A stretch of 64,000 nt of DNA, taken from NCBI RefSeq assembly GCF_000143415.4, contig NW_003314383.1, positions 124,001 through 188,000 of the forward strand. Reading direction: 5' to 3'. The position numbers and the translations under genes were made by a program. Source of the DNA: Selaginella moellendorffii. Taxonomy: Eukaryota; Plantae; Lycopodiophyta. Below are positions 20,170 through 36,249 of this stretch, piece after piece; position 1 is the first letter of the stretch, and each line of letters starts with the position of its first letter. The notes under the pieces are model-generated. The model saw nothing but the letters and a program-made list of their open reading frames with translations, was not told the DNA's origin and made no database searches.

Positions 20170-21912
20170 TTAAAGGAAGAATCTCCTGCGACTCGTGTCC
20201 ATGTCTGGCTGGAAACATGAAAAAGAAAGGGAAAAAAAAAAAAAAAACCATTTAGTACCTCGTCAGTTACTCATTCGCGATGAATTAATAAAGAGCAATC
20301 TCCTGTTGTTCAGGAATATAAATTCGATCACTCACCTTGTGTACCCATTCGTACTCGCCATGCTTTGTATCAAAGGTGCCGTGCTGCAAGCTTAGCAACT
20401 TGAGTGTGAAGCGTGGGCCACATTCCTGCGTAAAAACAAAAGACTGTGAGACAACACAGCCCACGACAAAAAAAGCAAACATTTTCGCAAGGAGGGCCGC
20501 GGACTGTGCACCCCACTCACCTGGAGCCGAGCAATCACAGCAGTTTTCTTCTTTTTCTCTCCCTTCTGCTTCGTCTCCTTTGGCTCGAACACGTACCTGG
20601 AAAAATGCACGCGCAACTTGGCCTCTTAGACCTCTGAATACAGACGCAAGGAGATAAATTAATGGTCGCACCTGTGATGCCGGAAAAATATGTAGTCGCG
20701 CTGGTTGTGAAAAGTGACTACACGGCGGCCGCGAAAGTTGGGATCTTGATAGAACAAGGATGCGAACATCCTGCCACAGAAACAAACACATTAGTAAACA
20801 GCATAAACACAAAGGCAAATCTAGGAAGAGAAGTGTCAAACAAATATAAACACCACCTTCCAATTCGATGGCCCAGGCTGGTTGTGAAGTTGTTAAGAAT
20901 AAGCTCTGGGAGATGACTCGTTGGCCGTCCATGATTCTGTCAGGTCACACACTACACTGAATCAATCAATCCAAACACTTACAATGAAAAAAGAAGGGGA
21001 GTCAGATTCACGTGCCTTAATCTCCTTTCTTAGTACAAGATTCGAGAGCCTGAAATGGGCCGTAGGTCCTTCGGGTAAATTAACAATCACCATTCCATCT
21101 GAAAAGTCGAGCGAAACAATAAATAAATCCACGAAGTAAAGCAGAAAATGACTGAAATTTTGATACCGGGCTCTCTGCGGTTCTCATGAATCACAACTAT
21201 CGCTGTAAAGTCTTGTTCAGTAGCATCCTTCACAAGCTGTACAGCGGAGAGTCAGGGAGATGAAATACAAACATAACTTCACACCTGTTTAAGGCTGCGT
21301 TTATTCCGCTTGTAGTACTCCGTGTTTGGAATGACACTTTGGAGCTCCAATATCAGCTTGAAAGTTCTCTGGAAAAAAAGAAAAAAAAGAATCGCAACCT
21401 CAAGTTAAAACAGCAATGCGTGTAGAGTTTTCGATGTTTACCTTTGAGCACTTCCTGCAAGTTGTTATCAGGAGCTTCGGAGATTTGTCCCGGTTAAAAT
21501 GCTCCGCGAATTCATCCGTCGCGATGTCCGCAAGCAGCTACACAAGAAGAATAGCAGGACTAACACAAAAAGCAAGGAGTGAGTTTTTCCACCTCATCGT
21601 CATCGGGTCGGACAATCGTCTCATCCGGTTCGCGAGTATTCTCAATCGTTCGTGGCGTTTTTCTCGGAGGAGGCTGCCAAGAAAACAATTCAGAGAGATT
21701 CCCCAGAGATTCATCCTACTTACAGCTTCTCCGAGCTCAATGCATTCCTTTTCCCGCGCATCCCGAGCCTTGATTCGCAGCTTCTTCTCCTTCTTCTTCT
21801 CGCGCTTGAGCTGCGCGAACGCCTCCGATCGGCGCTCCTTGTTCCTAATCAGGGACGGCTTCTTGCCCTCTTTGCCCTCGCCATCGTCTTCCCTCAGCCG
21901 CTTCGTCCCCAT
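20170..21912 (-). CDS. RPF1: Ribosome production factor 1 (Brix domain), multi-exon
   Basis: [22 protein letters not shown]; [23 protein letters not shown]; [31 protein letters not shown]; ends [12 protein letters not shown]. Confidence 0.93.
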
Positions 21913-23781
<1,869 letters not shown>

Positions 23782-23850
23782 AGCTGGAAAGCTTGCGAGG
23801 AACGAGGAAAAGAATTGGTGAGCTTGTGTTATTTTGACAGTGTTGATTCT

Positions 23851-24935
23851 TCAAGTTCTGTGGCACTCTTTTCTTACCACCCCGTTCGTCTCGTTCTTCA
23901 CACCGACGTTTCCGAGCTTGTCCATGGAAGCCGCAAAGACTTCGTAGAAGAGATCCTGGCTGCTGGCAAATGCGTCCACGACGCTGCGAGTTCTTGCGTT
24001 TGTAAGGAGCTCCTGGTCGGAGGTGAGAAGGCCCAGACCTCTCTGCATGCTCCGGTAGTAGGAGTTGTCGAACTGGAAGGGTGTTGCTGCGTCCATGCTT
24101 GCTACCACATCGGGATTTCCATTTCGCGGAGGGCAAGCTCGTCGTAGTTCGCCGAGGAAGCCCGGGTTCATGCTTGGATCGCCGGCTCTGGTGCCGTTAA
24201 AGTTGTAGATCCTGTTCGTGAATTCCGTGCAGTGTGCAAAGCCGATTGTATGAGCACCTGGAAGAAGAACGAGGGATTAGCGAGCAGCTTAAAAAGCACT
24301 GAGAGAGTGCTTACCAGAGAGCGCTATCAGATCGATTTCATTGAGGCCCTTGGAAGCGAACAGCCTGGTTAATTCGTTGATAGATGCTGTGGAAGTCGGG
24401 AGATTGCGGCCAACCCGGGAAGCCATAGACAACCTTCCATCTTTACGGCCTTTCCTGACTTCCCAGAAAGGACCACCAACTAGCTGAACCAAATCCCTCG
24501 TGATGATAGCCAGAACATCAGCGCAAGAGACCACACCGGGACAAATCTTTTCCACTGCTGCTTTAGCTCGATGAACTGCATCAAAGGCATCTCCCGCTAA
24601 TGAATGATTTATCTCCTCGTCTCTTTCAGCCTTGTTGCCAGGAGTTGACGAAACGAGGACCGAAGCATCACATCCCTGGCCTCAAAAACAAATAAGAAAA
24701 CTCAAGAACCTCAGGAGAAAGGACAACTTACGTCAACGAAGCAGTCATGAAAAAAGAGCCGCAGTGTTGCTCCAGCTGTTGTTGGTGCTTCCCTTATCTT
24801 TTGAACCATCACCTGTCTGAGAATGCTCTCGGCATGCGGGCAAGTCCGCTTGTAGTAGTCCACTGTCAGCTCTGAAGTTACAAGCATGAGCAGAAGTAAC
24901 ACGGTTAAGCTGAAACACAGGCCAGATGAAACCAT
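23851..24935 (-). CDS. Class III secretory peroxidase, 3 exons
   Basis: Signal peptide, YYKRTCP, TLRLFFHDCFV, CPGVVSCADVLA, GRKDG, IALSG|AHTIG, TPFQFDNSYY, GLLTSDQ. Confidence 0.95.
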
Positions 24936-25093
24936 ACTTCGGACATGTTTCTCTCCCTTCCTCGAATTCTTGTAAGAGGAGAAACCTCGTATGCTCGGCA
25001 GCTGGAAGACCAAGCACTGGAATGCATGGGATGTGAAAGAAATGCCAGACACATGGTAAGCATGCAATAACGGAAACTACGTTACCGCGTTGA

Positions 25094-28000
25094 CTAGAAA
25101 AGCTTGGATGTCTGCCCAACATTGATCCTCACATCCCTGGTGTATATGTTACTTAGCCCAAAGAGTAGTAACACGAAGACAACTTGCGCGCTCATGATAC
25201 CGAAGTGGCTTATGCTGTTGCCAATCTCCATCCAGCTTCCCGTGTTCCGGACCTTACGAGCAACAGAAAATTGTATGCCGTCAGAAAGGCACCAACACCA
25301 TCAGAAACTTACAAGGAAAAAGAAACGGATCGTCATAATGTCCGAGAGAATTAAAACCATGAAGTAACAACCAAGACGAGGTAGGCTCATGATCTTCACG
25401 ACAATGCTGAATGCGCATCTGCAATCACAACCACGTCAGAACGCATAACTGAGAGTCAGCAAAAGAGCGTACGTTACAAGGATGAACGGTATGAAGAGCT
25501 TGAAAAGGAGAAGAGCTGTCATGATAAATGGCTGGAAAACCCCGTAGTTAGTCGTATCACAACCACTTCAGTAAGCAATATCCTTACATCAAAAACGGTG
25601 ATGAATCTGTACACAGAGGAGATTTCGAAGCTCGCGATGCTTGCGACGTTTCCAGTTCCAAAAAACGCCACATTGATCAAAATAAGCTGCAGTTAAAACA
25701 TCGTAAGTCCATGAAGGATAATGATTGCTAGGCTTACAAAACACAGCGCTACATGCACGTCGGTGAGTTTCAAAGACCTCCAGGAAACATGTCGTTCGCC
25801 TTTGGCAAATGCAGTCCATTGGATGAGCCGTTCACTGGCCGAAAACTCGTTGGTAAAGGAATTCCGTCCAAAAGACGAGAAAGTGATAGCGGACTCCACC
25901 AGAATCCAGGAGAACAATACGCTAGCCAAACCACTATAGAAAAGTGCCTCGTAGCTGAAGACGAAACACTGTTAGTGTTGCCTTAACCGTAAGGAAAAGT
26001 TTACCCGATTGAGAGAAGTAGAAATGGAGGTGCAAATCCAAGAAAAATTGCACAAACTCTGGCAATTATTGTTGGCGGAGATCTTAGAGGGAGAAGAATT
26101 GCTACCCCTGAAGACAAGTAGGTAGATTACATCCAAACAAACAAGCCGAGGAATTTGAAGTACCTGCAAGGGACCAGTTGACGACCTGGAATGTCAAAGG
26201 TAGCTGTCTCCTATGGGTTCTGTAAGAAGTCGTGACCCATACCATGAATGATGAAAAACAAACAAGAATTATCTGCAGAAAAGAGTGTCAGGAAACAACT
26301 GTTGTAGATAAGACGCTACCTGGACAACAAAAAGTACATCTCGTTCAGCGGAGAGATTTTTATCACGCACTAGTTGTCGTAGAATAGGTTCTTTGGGAAC
26401 AATTTTGTCAATCCACCAAGCAGCGAATGCAAGTGCTACTACCAGGAAAGCACTTCCGACACTGTAAACATTTTGCAGGTGGATCATCAACCTTACAAGA
26501 AAGAAAATCTGAAACTTACACCAGTGAAACGTGTTCAGGAATTTGTGGAGGCATCAGTGTGAACCCTGAAAGAAACCAGCAAGATGCCCAGACGAAGGCT
26601 GGGATCATTGAAAGTCCAGGAAGGTTCATGGAGATTGTTACAGCTCCTACCACACCAGCAGCAAAGAAAAAGCCTGTGTACACTTCTCTTCTGAAAAAAC
26701 TTGAAACCTGCAGAAAGATCAACAAAATTTCTAAACGTAGACGAGCATTACCAAAAGCTGAACAATAACGGAAGAGAGCATGCTTGCGAATAGAATTTGG
26801 AACTTTGAAACCTTTCCTGTTCTTACTGCGATCCAAATGCGTGTAAAATCATTCGGACTGGCGAGTACACGCTGCCAGAGGAAGATTCCAGTACCGATAT
26901 AGAGAAAGTATAGTATAGGTGACTTTTCGAACATCAGCACCATAAACAGCGCTGCCGACAAGGTTCCCATGGCAAAATTACCCTGAAAGGAACTGATTAC
27001 AGAAATGATAACCAAAGGAAGTTTGCATACCAGAGAACTTTTCCTTTGTTTACGTTGGAACAGCGGCGAACTGGCATAATGCCTCAACAAGTGTAGGATT
27101 ACGTACAGCATCCATCCTACGTAGCCAAACGTAATGGTTCCCATCAAAAACCACCAGTCGTAAGTTTGAAAATAATGCAGGCCATCCAAAGATAAACTGA
27201 TCAATTTCTGTGTGGAGTCCAACGCAGCCTGGTATTGCTGTAGACCAATAAGCTGTTGTATACGGCTCGTAAGTTCCTCGTAATTTTTCAGAGAGGAAAA
27301 TGGCCTGAAAAAGAGCGACGTTTCCTGCTTGATATCTTATAGATCCGTTAAGGAGAGCTCCTGGACTTCACCAAAATTTCTTAGGATACGTGATTTTCGC
27401 AAGAATTGGTTGAGTAATTGCTTTGCATTCGCGAAAGCGGCCTCGGCTTCGTCAGCCTGAAAAACGATGCAAGGGTTTGACAAAGCACAAAAGCAAGCTT
27501 CATATCACCTTATTTAAAAGCAAGTAGCCTCTTGGCAGCACACCAACAGAGTTTAAAGGACATGGAAGTCCAAGAAGTACCGACTGAAAGAAACATTCAG
27601 CGTAAAAGCGTGAGAGCAGAAAAAATTGTCTTTACCATAAGCGGTGCAATGTCCCCTTGGTTGACATCAACGCGTTCGAGATTTTGAAGTCCCCAACTGT
27701 GAGGCGTCACCATGTGGTGTGTGTGCTGATCGACAAACTTAAAACCATCGTCTTCGTCGTCTTCAGGTTTTGCAGGACTGGGACCTCGGATGCCCGCACC
27801 CCAAGCAACAAGTGGTGTTTCCGTGTTTTCTGGTTCTCCATCTCCATGACTACCTAGCAAGAAAAGTCAGTATTGAATAGGCAAGAAAGCATCGACGAGA
27901 CAGACCTTTATCACTCATCCCGTGGTCGGCTGTAAAAACGTATGCAGTTCGTCCATCAGAGTACTTCTCTTCCATAAGCTTGAACACCCGTTCTATTCCG

Positions 28001-28876
28001 CGATCAACGACCTCCACATTGTTCAAGTATATCGGAGAATATGGACGATGTGCGTGGCCGTTGGTGTCACATCCCAATAGATGCAAGAAAACAACAAGCT
28101 CTCCACTTTGTAGAGTCTCTTCGACCACAGAATCTCTTTTGGAACTATTTATCAGTTGTTCAAAACGATCAAAAACCCAAGTATCAAGGAAAGACGCATC
28201 TGCAAACAGAAAAAACCATACATTCTTCTAGAATCGAACAAACGAGGCGAACCTGTTGCAAAATCTTCATACTCGTGCGGGTATGCGGAGAACTTTGCCT
28301 GTGGAATGTTGCCACAAAAAATGGGAACAATGTCTGGGCTTCCAAAAGCGACCACTTTCTTACTCCTGTTAAAGACGGAATCGAACTCCACAGGATTTGC
28401 CTTCCATCCTGAAATCTCCAGACGTGAAGAACGTTAGGCTACAAACAGTCAAAAGGTAAAAGTTACCTTTGGTTACAGCACTTGGATCTTCATACAAACC
28501 AGCGATTATAGCAACGTGCCCGGGACGAGACTCGGTTGGAGGGCGAGCATGAGACACGCCCCATTTGCCCTTCTCGTGCATCACATTGTGCAGAAAAGGA
28601 GCTCTTGGCGATCCATCCGGCTTGAGCTCGAAGAATTTGTCAGCTCGCAAGCCATCAGCTAATAGATCTTACATTTCAATCACTGAATCCGTGAAAATCT
28701 AGAAGGGGATTACCGACAAACAGCACAAGGCGCTTGGCAGGCGCTTGGATCCGAGGCGCGACGGGATCAATCCCATGAACGATCGGCGACTTGAAGTAGA
28801 TGTCGAAGATGCTGAGCATGAAGAGCGCATGGACCGCCACTCCCAGGATGATGATCTTCACCTCTCGGCTCTCCAT
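25094..28876 (-). CDS. PIGN: GPI ethanolamine phosphate transferase 1 (PIG-N/MCD4), multi-exon
   Basis: [83 protein letters not shown]; ends [11 protein letters not shown]...GQTSKLF*. Confidence 0.95.
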
Positions 28877-29004
28877 TCCCCCGGCATAAACCCTAAACCT
28901 GATTTCGAAATACTTTTTTAAAATTCCGTGCAGCTTTTCCGTTTTGACCGGCAGTAGCCGGTGGGTCTTCTCTTCTGGACGTTATTTTCCCATTTTCTGG
29001 GACT

Positions 29005-30170
29005 ATTTAGCAGGGGTAATAGAGCATAAATTTTTTGTTGGATGCTTAAACAAGCACGCTAGTCAGAGAGAAATTGAAAGAGTTTATCGTTGTCTCTGGC
29101 TTTCAACCGCAGGCTCTTAGTCCGTACGGAAAAGATACGAGCTCAAACAGAGCAGAGGTAAAGCGCTTGCATTTTAGAGAGTACTTCAACGTTTGTTTGC
29201 AGGTTGTGCTAAGGGATATAGCACAGGCAGCCATTGCTGCTCGTAACGCTATGTACATTATATGTGCGTAAGTCACTCTGATTTTCGCTTTTCCTTTTTG
29301 TCTTAAGTTCGTGTCCCTTCTTTTTTGTTATGTTGTACAAGCTCAACGGCATCATGTAGCTGGACTTCCAGCCGAGGTTCTTTCGATCCCTTTTTTGTTT
29401 ACTTTTGCCAATGTGTTTAAGTCTTTGCAGGAGATTATCCAAACGGCATTGCAGCGTGCTGGACAAAATCTTGCTAGACAACAAGCTGTGCATCAGTATG
29501 TGCAACTACTCCAGCAGCAACAGCAGCAGCAGCAGCAACAGTCGCAACCATCGCAACAATCACAATTTTCACAGCTGACGAAACCCATAGCATCAGTAAA
29601 CCAACCGTCACTCATCTTACGCAAGCATCAAGCTCTTCACTTGCAAAACATTCCGCAGCAACAACAGCGTCCACCGGTACGCTGTCCTTTTGCATTTTGT
29701 GCTTCATGTCTCAATTGGATTTCACTACAGGTATTCCATCCAGGGAGCATTGCACAACAGGTATTTCTTTCTTCTGAACTTTCTTTTCTCTAAAAAAGCT
29801 TTCTCGTTCTCTTAGCCGGCACCTACAAAGCTTGTGCAATCTTTGGTTCCAACCCCAGTATTGCCTCCTGCTGTAGCAACAACATCTAACTCGACGGAGC
29901 ACGTCTCGCCTGAAGGATATAAATACTATTACAACAGTATCACATCCGAAAAAGCAAGGTAACAACGTTAAGATTTAGATGTGAAGCGCATTCAAGTTTC
30001 TCTCTACAGTGGGAAAAGCCGGACGAGCTTTTGAGCGCAGAGCCACAAGTTGCTCCAACGCTACCGCCACCCCTATCTTTATGTTCCCTTGTTTTTATCT
30101 TACAGTCCAACGTAGGAGGTGAACTTCCCTCAGTTCCAGCCATCAAATGCTTACTTGGAACAGCATACTG
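29005..30170 (+). pseudogene. Truncated, deleted duplicate of the FCA gene at 32996-36160
   Basis: Near-identical to 34430-36130 including intron sequence (RRM2 start, polyQ exon, WW exon), but lacks the 5' exons and carries deletions and frameshifts. Confidence 0.9.
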
Positions 30171-30247
30171 ATTTACAGATATACCAACTTGAGCGAAAGG
30201 TCCATTTTCTTGTTTCTCTTGCTGATCTTGAGTCCAACAGGGAGATT

Positions 30248-31398
30248 TATGGCCGTGCTGCTAAGCTTGGAACAAACTGGCGCGAATGGTGGCCGGACAG
30301 CCTTTGGACCAGTCGAGGTTAGCATAGAGTGCGAGTTCCTGTTCCGAAAGGCCCAACTCCCATTGTTTGTGGATCAGATGGAAAGCAAGTGGAGGTCAGG
30401 TGCAGCTGGAGAGCACTATCACGTCGCCTGCGAGATGTGCCACCCACTCGTCACACTCATAGTCGTCTTCAATCACTATATCCCGCACCCGACCCTTGAA
30501 CAAGGGGAGCCAACGTTTTTGCTCGCCGTCCTTCTCCAGCACACTGAGTGCAACGTGACGGTCGCCATGGATCGTCCCTTGCCTGTGGACCACCAGGATC
30601 CTCCGGCCGCGGTACAAAAATCCCCGGATGGGCCAATTCATGCAAGTCGTCTAGCTCACAAATGCTGGAGTCGTCAAAATCCATTGGATTCTCTTCTGAG
30701 AGCTCAGTCGTCCATTTCAGCGCGTCCAGGTTGTAGAAACCGTCGTCATCTTCGTCTCCAATGTTGTAACCAGGATTGCATTTCCCCCTAGCAGGGATGA
30801 TGTAGTCTCCTGCCACCCAGCGTCCAGTGCCAGAGTTGTACTGGAGAATGCCGCCAACATCAATGCGGCCAACATCTTCTGAATTGATACGCTTGTTGTT
30901 GAGCACTGCAATGTGATATATTCCCGTCTCAGGATCCAAATCCATCGCCTCGATCGCCTGGACCTTCTCGGTACACCGGAGAACCTTCCAAGTGTTCGTA
31001 AGAGGATTGCCTACTGTGAGAGACCGTGAGCAAGGACTGTTGGGACGGTGTATTACAGCAAGCGTGCCACACACTAGACCATTGGACGAGCAATGCCCTA
31101 CAAAGACGGAGCTCTTTCCAGGCGGGTCAATGGGCAGAGAAATGCGCTTGAGCTTGAGAGCCTCGCCAGAGAAAGGGCGCCATAGGGCTGTGGATTTGGA
31201 TCCGCGGCGCACAATCGTCCGGACCACCCATGGGATGGGATGCTTCAATCCGAAATCTCGAGCAAAAGATCCAGAGTGGAAAATGTGGTACCAAGATCGG
31301 CACACCCTACACATTAGGGCCACTCTTTCGATGTCCAACCTCGCAAGGATTTCCATCAGCAAATCCTCCCCCAGCCGATTGAAGATGGAGTCCTCCAT
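30248..31398 (-). pseudogene. F-box gene with intact N-terminus, a frameshift near 30650 and a premature stop at 30396
   Basis: MEDSIFNRLGEDLLMEILARLDIERVALMCRVCRSW F-box. The C-terminal part homologous to 36250-36660 lies in another frame (ORF 30396-30641). Confidence 0.75.
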
Positions 31399-32094
31399 CC
31401 TGGCCCGAGAAGCTGCAACATGACAAGGCGGGAAATTTTAAATGGCTATTCGTTTTAACTTGAAAAACCTTAATTATTTTAAACATAACACTGCCCGTAA
31501 AGCTATTTATTGAAAATTAGGTTACTATCCTTTCTTAAAAGGGCCATGGGTTGTGATGGAAAGCGCGAACGTGAAGCAATTCACCCCTTGGCCGCCCGGG
31601 GCTGTGGAACGCTAAACGTAGCAACGACAAAGGAATTGCAGCAAATCTCGAGAAGCCAAGCAAGAAAGGAAGATGGAGCAGAGCAGAGTCGATGGCCTTG
31701 ATACGCCTCAAGCAACATGAATTCTCGTTGAGCCAAGGAAGAAAGGAAGGAGATGCTCGATGAGATTGTGGACAAGATGGATGGCCGAAGTCTTAGCAGC
31801 TGCCGGCTTACTTGGAATGATCTCTGCATCATGCACCACCAGTTAAAGTATTACTTAACGCTTCACCCTGCAATCAATTTCCCAGTCACGGAAGAAGAGC
31901 GTATCCGTCCCTGGCTAAGATGGATGAAGACATGTATTGAGCACTCATACACCAGTAGATGGGTACGTTTCCAGTGCCATTGCAAGCTCCGGAAATTACT
32001 GAGAAGAGTCCCGACATTGATTAGCATCAAGAAAATAAGTTTAATTGTTTTTAAGTATTGTTATTCTAATTTAACCCAAAACTGGAAGGGTACC

Positions 32095-32450
32095 ATGTCG
32101 GGATTTCCATTTCGCGGAGGACAAGCTCGTCACTGGCTAGTTGGCGGTCCTTTCCGGGAAGTCAGCACTTACAAAGCATCTATCAACGAGGCTGTTTTCC
32201 TCAATTAAATCGCTGATGGCACTATCTGGTAATCCTCGCAGTGCTTTCTACATCCTTCTTTCTCCACGTGATGATAGCGAGAATATCAGCGCAGGCGCCA
32301 CACCGGCTCGATGAACTGCATCAAAGGCGTCTCCGGCTAATGAATGATTCATCTCATCGTCTCTTTCAGCCTTGTTGCCAGGAGTTGACGAAACGAGGAC
32401 CGAAGCATCACATCCCTGGCCGCAAAAACAAATGAGAAAACTCAAGAACA
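32095..32450 (-). pseudogene. Remnant of the duplicated class III peroxidase
   Basis: Matches 24110-24145 and 24495-24710, including intron sequence. Confidence 0.88.
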
Positions 32451-32770
32451 CGCCCCATTTTCCCTCCTGGTGCATCACATTGTGTAGAAAAGGAGCTCCT
32501 GGGATCAGCTAATAGATCAATCAATCCGTGAAAATCTAGCAGGGAAGGGAATTACCGACAAACAGCACGGCAGGCGCTTGGATCCGAGGCGCGACGGGAT
32601 CAATCCCAGAACGATCGGCGACTTGAAGTAGATGTCGAAGATGCTGAGCATGAAGAGCGCATGTACCGCCACGCCGAATCTTCAACTCCTAAACGGAGAT
32701 TCATCCGAAAACCATAAAAGTCATAAAATTAAACGGCATAAATCCTAAACCTAATTCGAAATACTTTTTT
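32450..32770 (-). pseudogene. Remnant of the duplicated PIG-N 5' end and promoter
   Basis: Matches 28556-28930 (gatcggcgacttgaagtagatgtcgaagatgctgagcatgaagagcgcatg) with deletions. Confidence 0.88.
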
Positions 32771-32995
32771 TAAAATCCCGTACAAGGCGGGATGTGGCGT
32801 TCGTACTTATCGGTTTTGACCGGCAGTAGCCGGTGGGAAGGTGGAGTTCCAACTCTAGGGTTTGTGCGTGTGTCGTGTGTGATTTCGCGTTCCTGGGGAC
32901 AATGCGCGGTGGAGGAGGAATGGCCGGCTGCTACATTGCATTGTGAGCGCCAAGATCAAGCAGAGCAGTAGCAGCGCCAGCGGCGGAGCAGTGGG

Positions 32996-35900
32996 ATGGT
33001 CTCGGAGAGGAAGAAAATGCCTCATCACGGAGATCCCAGCAGCAGTTCTTGGCGCGTTGCTGGCCACAAGCGCGAGCGCGACAATTCTGGTGAGTGATTT
33101 CTTCTCTTCCCCTCGTATTGCCGCATTTCAATTCATTCGTACTATGAATCGTAATATTCTTCTTGTCCAGATTCTAGTGAAGGAGGACAACACACTTATG
33201 TGAAACTCTTTGTGGGCTCGGTTCCCAGGACAATTACTGAACAACAAGTGCGTTCTCAGTCTGCAAATTCTTGCTTTTTTTTTTTAACTCGTTTCGTTCG
33301 CTTCCCTCTGCGCATTCTTTTTCTTGTCAGGTAAGATCAATGTTTGAGGAATATGGAGAAGTTCTTGAGGTTGCGATTATAAAGGATAGGAGAACGGGGC
33401 ACCAACAAGGCATGTTTTGTTGTATCTTCTCTTTTTCCCATAATCGAATCTTTGTTGGGTTTACTGTTGGCTTGCTTTCCTCCTAGGTGGTGTGTTGCGG
33501 TGGTCCAAAGCTTTGGATAGATTGTGCTGCACGGTTGGAATGTCTGGATTTATTTTTCCTGGTTCGATCGAGGACAGAGTTTTTTGTTCTTTGTTTGCTT
33601 GCATTGCATCGTTAGGATCATCGTTCCGTTTTTTATTCTCTCTTTTCCATATGGTAATTTAACTCTGGCTTAGGTGAATGTTCCAGCAAGAAAACGTATG
33701 ACATCATGTGAATGGATTTTTGAGTGGATATATGGATATCAGACACTACAGCATTGCCCGTCCGTTGATGATCCGCGACAAACAGATATGCTCCACCGGG
33801 AATTAGTTCATGATACTCTTTCTTGGAAACTGGTGGCAACTATCCAATCGATGGCCACTACTCGTTCTTAGTGATGACTGGATCCAAACGTGAAACTCGG
33901 AACAACTTTGGAGATGAATGCTGTGGGTTAAGTTCCCACTTACAGGGATCAACAAAAACTCTGGTTGTGACTCTGACATGGACTGGGGACCGAGGATGAA
34001 TGGCTTGAGAACGAAAACCAAAATGGTGGCGGACTAGTTTTGATGGTGGATGCAATCTGTTCCGCAGTATATCCGGGCGGGCACGATGCTTGTGTTGTTT
34101 TTTTTTTTGTTTTCATTCTCTGTTTTAGTTTTTTCTCGATTATAGTCGCTAATTTGTGTTTCTGTTCTACTTTTTATGCCGTATAGGTTGTTGTTTCGTC
34201 AAGTACTCCTCGAGGGACGAAGCTGACCGAGCTATACGTTGCTTAAACAACCAGCGGACTTTACCAGGAGTAAGAATTTGGCCGTTTTTCTAGTTGATGG
34301 TTTGACTGTTTACGCTGGACAGGGAGCTTCGCCTGTACAAGTTAGATACGCAGATGGTGAAAGAGAGCGCTTAGGTGAGGACGTTTTTTATCTCCTTCAT
34401 TTATCTCAACTTCCATTTTCTTTATATTTTTTAGCAGGGGCAATAGAGCATAAATTGTTTGTAGGATGCTTAAACAAGCACGCTAGTGAGAGAGAAATTG
34501 AAGAGGTAAAATTGTTTATCGTTGTCTCTGGTGTCGTATTGATGGCTTTCAAGTGCAGGTTTTTAGTCCATACGGAAGAGTTGACGATATATACGTCATG
34601 AGAGACGAGCACAAACAAAGCAGAGGTAAAGCGCCTGCATTGCAGAGAGTACTTCAAGTGACGTTTGTTTGCAGGTTGTGCTTTCATAAAGTACCCGTCA
34701 AGGGACATGGCACAAGCAGCCATTGCCGCTCTTAACGATGTGTACATTATGCGCGTGAGTGACTCTGATTTTCGCTTTTCCTTTTTTCTTAACTTGTTCC
34801 TTCATTTTTGTATGACAGGGTTGTGATCAGCCTTTGGCTGTGAGATTTGCTGACCCAAAACGGCCTAAAACTGGTGACTCGAGGTCTTCTTTTCTTTTAC
34901 TTGATATATTTTCTGCAAGATAACCTCAACCGCGAGAGTGTTTTACAGGAACAGTTTTAGTCCCCGCCATCACGGATCCGGCTCTAACAACAGGTGATCC
35001 TATTGAGATTACCAGCGCTACTGACATGTTTGCTGTCAGATCTAGTGGCCACAGTGGACGTGCTTCTCCAGTTAGCTGGAGGCAAGCAAATGCATTGAGT
35101 TTGCGGCAACTGCATCAGACTGGACAACCTCCATTTCCTCCAGCAGTAATTCCCTGTCTAAGCCCTTCACAAACAGTATGTTCCTGCTCTTTGGTTATTC
35201 TTTTATATTGACACGGTCAATTTCTTCCAGGCATCTCCTAACCACTCGCAAGGCCCATACGTTGTACAGCCTCAACGGCATCATGCAGCTGGACTTCCGA
35301 CCGAGGTTCTTTCCACCTCTTTGTTTACTTTTGCCAATGTTTTTTTAAATCTTGGCAGGAGATTATCCAAACGGCATTGCAGCGTGCTGGACAAAATTTT
35401 GCTGGACAACAAGCTGTGCATCAGTATGTGCAACTACTCCAGCAGCAGCAGCAGCAGCAGCAGCTTCATCTCCAACCTCAGCAGTTTAATCCACAACCAT
35501 CGCAACAATCACAATTTTTACAGCTGACGCAACCCCTGGCATCCATAAACCAACCGTCACTCATCTTACACAACCATCAAGCTCTCCACTTGCAAAATAT
35601 TCCGCAGCAACAACAGCATCCACCGGTACGCTGTTATGCATTTTGTGCTTCATGTCTGGATTGGATTTTGTTACAGGTGTTCCAGCCAGGGAGCATTGCA
35701 CAACAGGTATTTCGTGCTTCTGAATTTTTTTCTCTTAAAAATTCTTCCTTTCTCATTTTACTTAGCCGCCTTCTTGGTTGTTGTCGGCGCCTACACAGCT
35801 TGTGCAATCTTTGCTTCCAACCCCGGCATTGCCTCCTGCTGTAGTAGCGCCAACTACATCTAACTGGACGGAACACGTCTCGCCAGATGGATATAAATAC

Positions 35901-36160
35901 TATTACAACAGTATCACATCCGAAAGCAAGGTAACAACGTTAAGATTTAGATTTAGGCGCAGTTTAATATCTCTCTACAGTGGGAAAAGCCGGACGAGCT
36001 TGAGCAACAAGTTGCTCCAACGCTGCCGCCAGCCTCTGTTGTAAGTTCTTTATTTGTTGGTTTTATCTTACAGTCCAACGCAGGACGCGAACATCCCTCA
36101 GTTCCAGCCATCAAATGCTTACTTGGAACAGCTAAGACACCAGATCTGGATATGAACTAA
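32996..36160 (+). CDS. FCA: FCA-like RNA-binding protein (RRM-RRM-Gln-rich-WW), multi-exon with an unusually long intron 3
   Basis: Spliced product: [50 protein letters not shown]...VQVRYADGERERLGAIEHKLFVGCLNK...GCDQPLAVRFADPKRP...[28 protein letters not shown]. Confidence 0.92.
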
Positions 36161-36249
36161 CAGGAGCCTGATTTACAGATATACCAACTTGAGCGAAAGG
36201 TACATTTTCTTGTTTCTTCTCTTGCTGATCTTGAGTCCAACAGGGAGAT

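Noticed and set aside
31700-32090. ORF with weak F-box-like start (MLDEIVDKMDGRSLSSCRLTW)
   Set aside because: Similarity is too weak and the ORF runs into the peroxidase remnant, so I cannot support a call.
33870-33980. C/D box snoRNA in FCA intron 3 (GTGATGA...CTGA)
   Set aside because: I see no convincing terminal stem and no rRNA or snRNA antisense element that I can recognise. A snoRNA scan would be needed.
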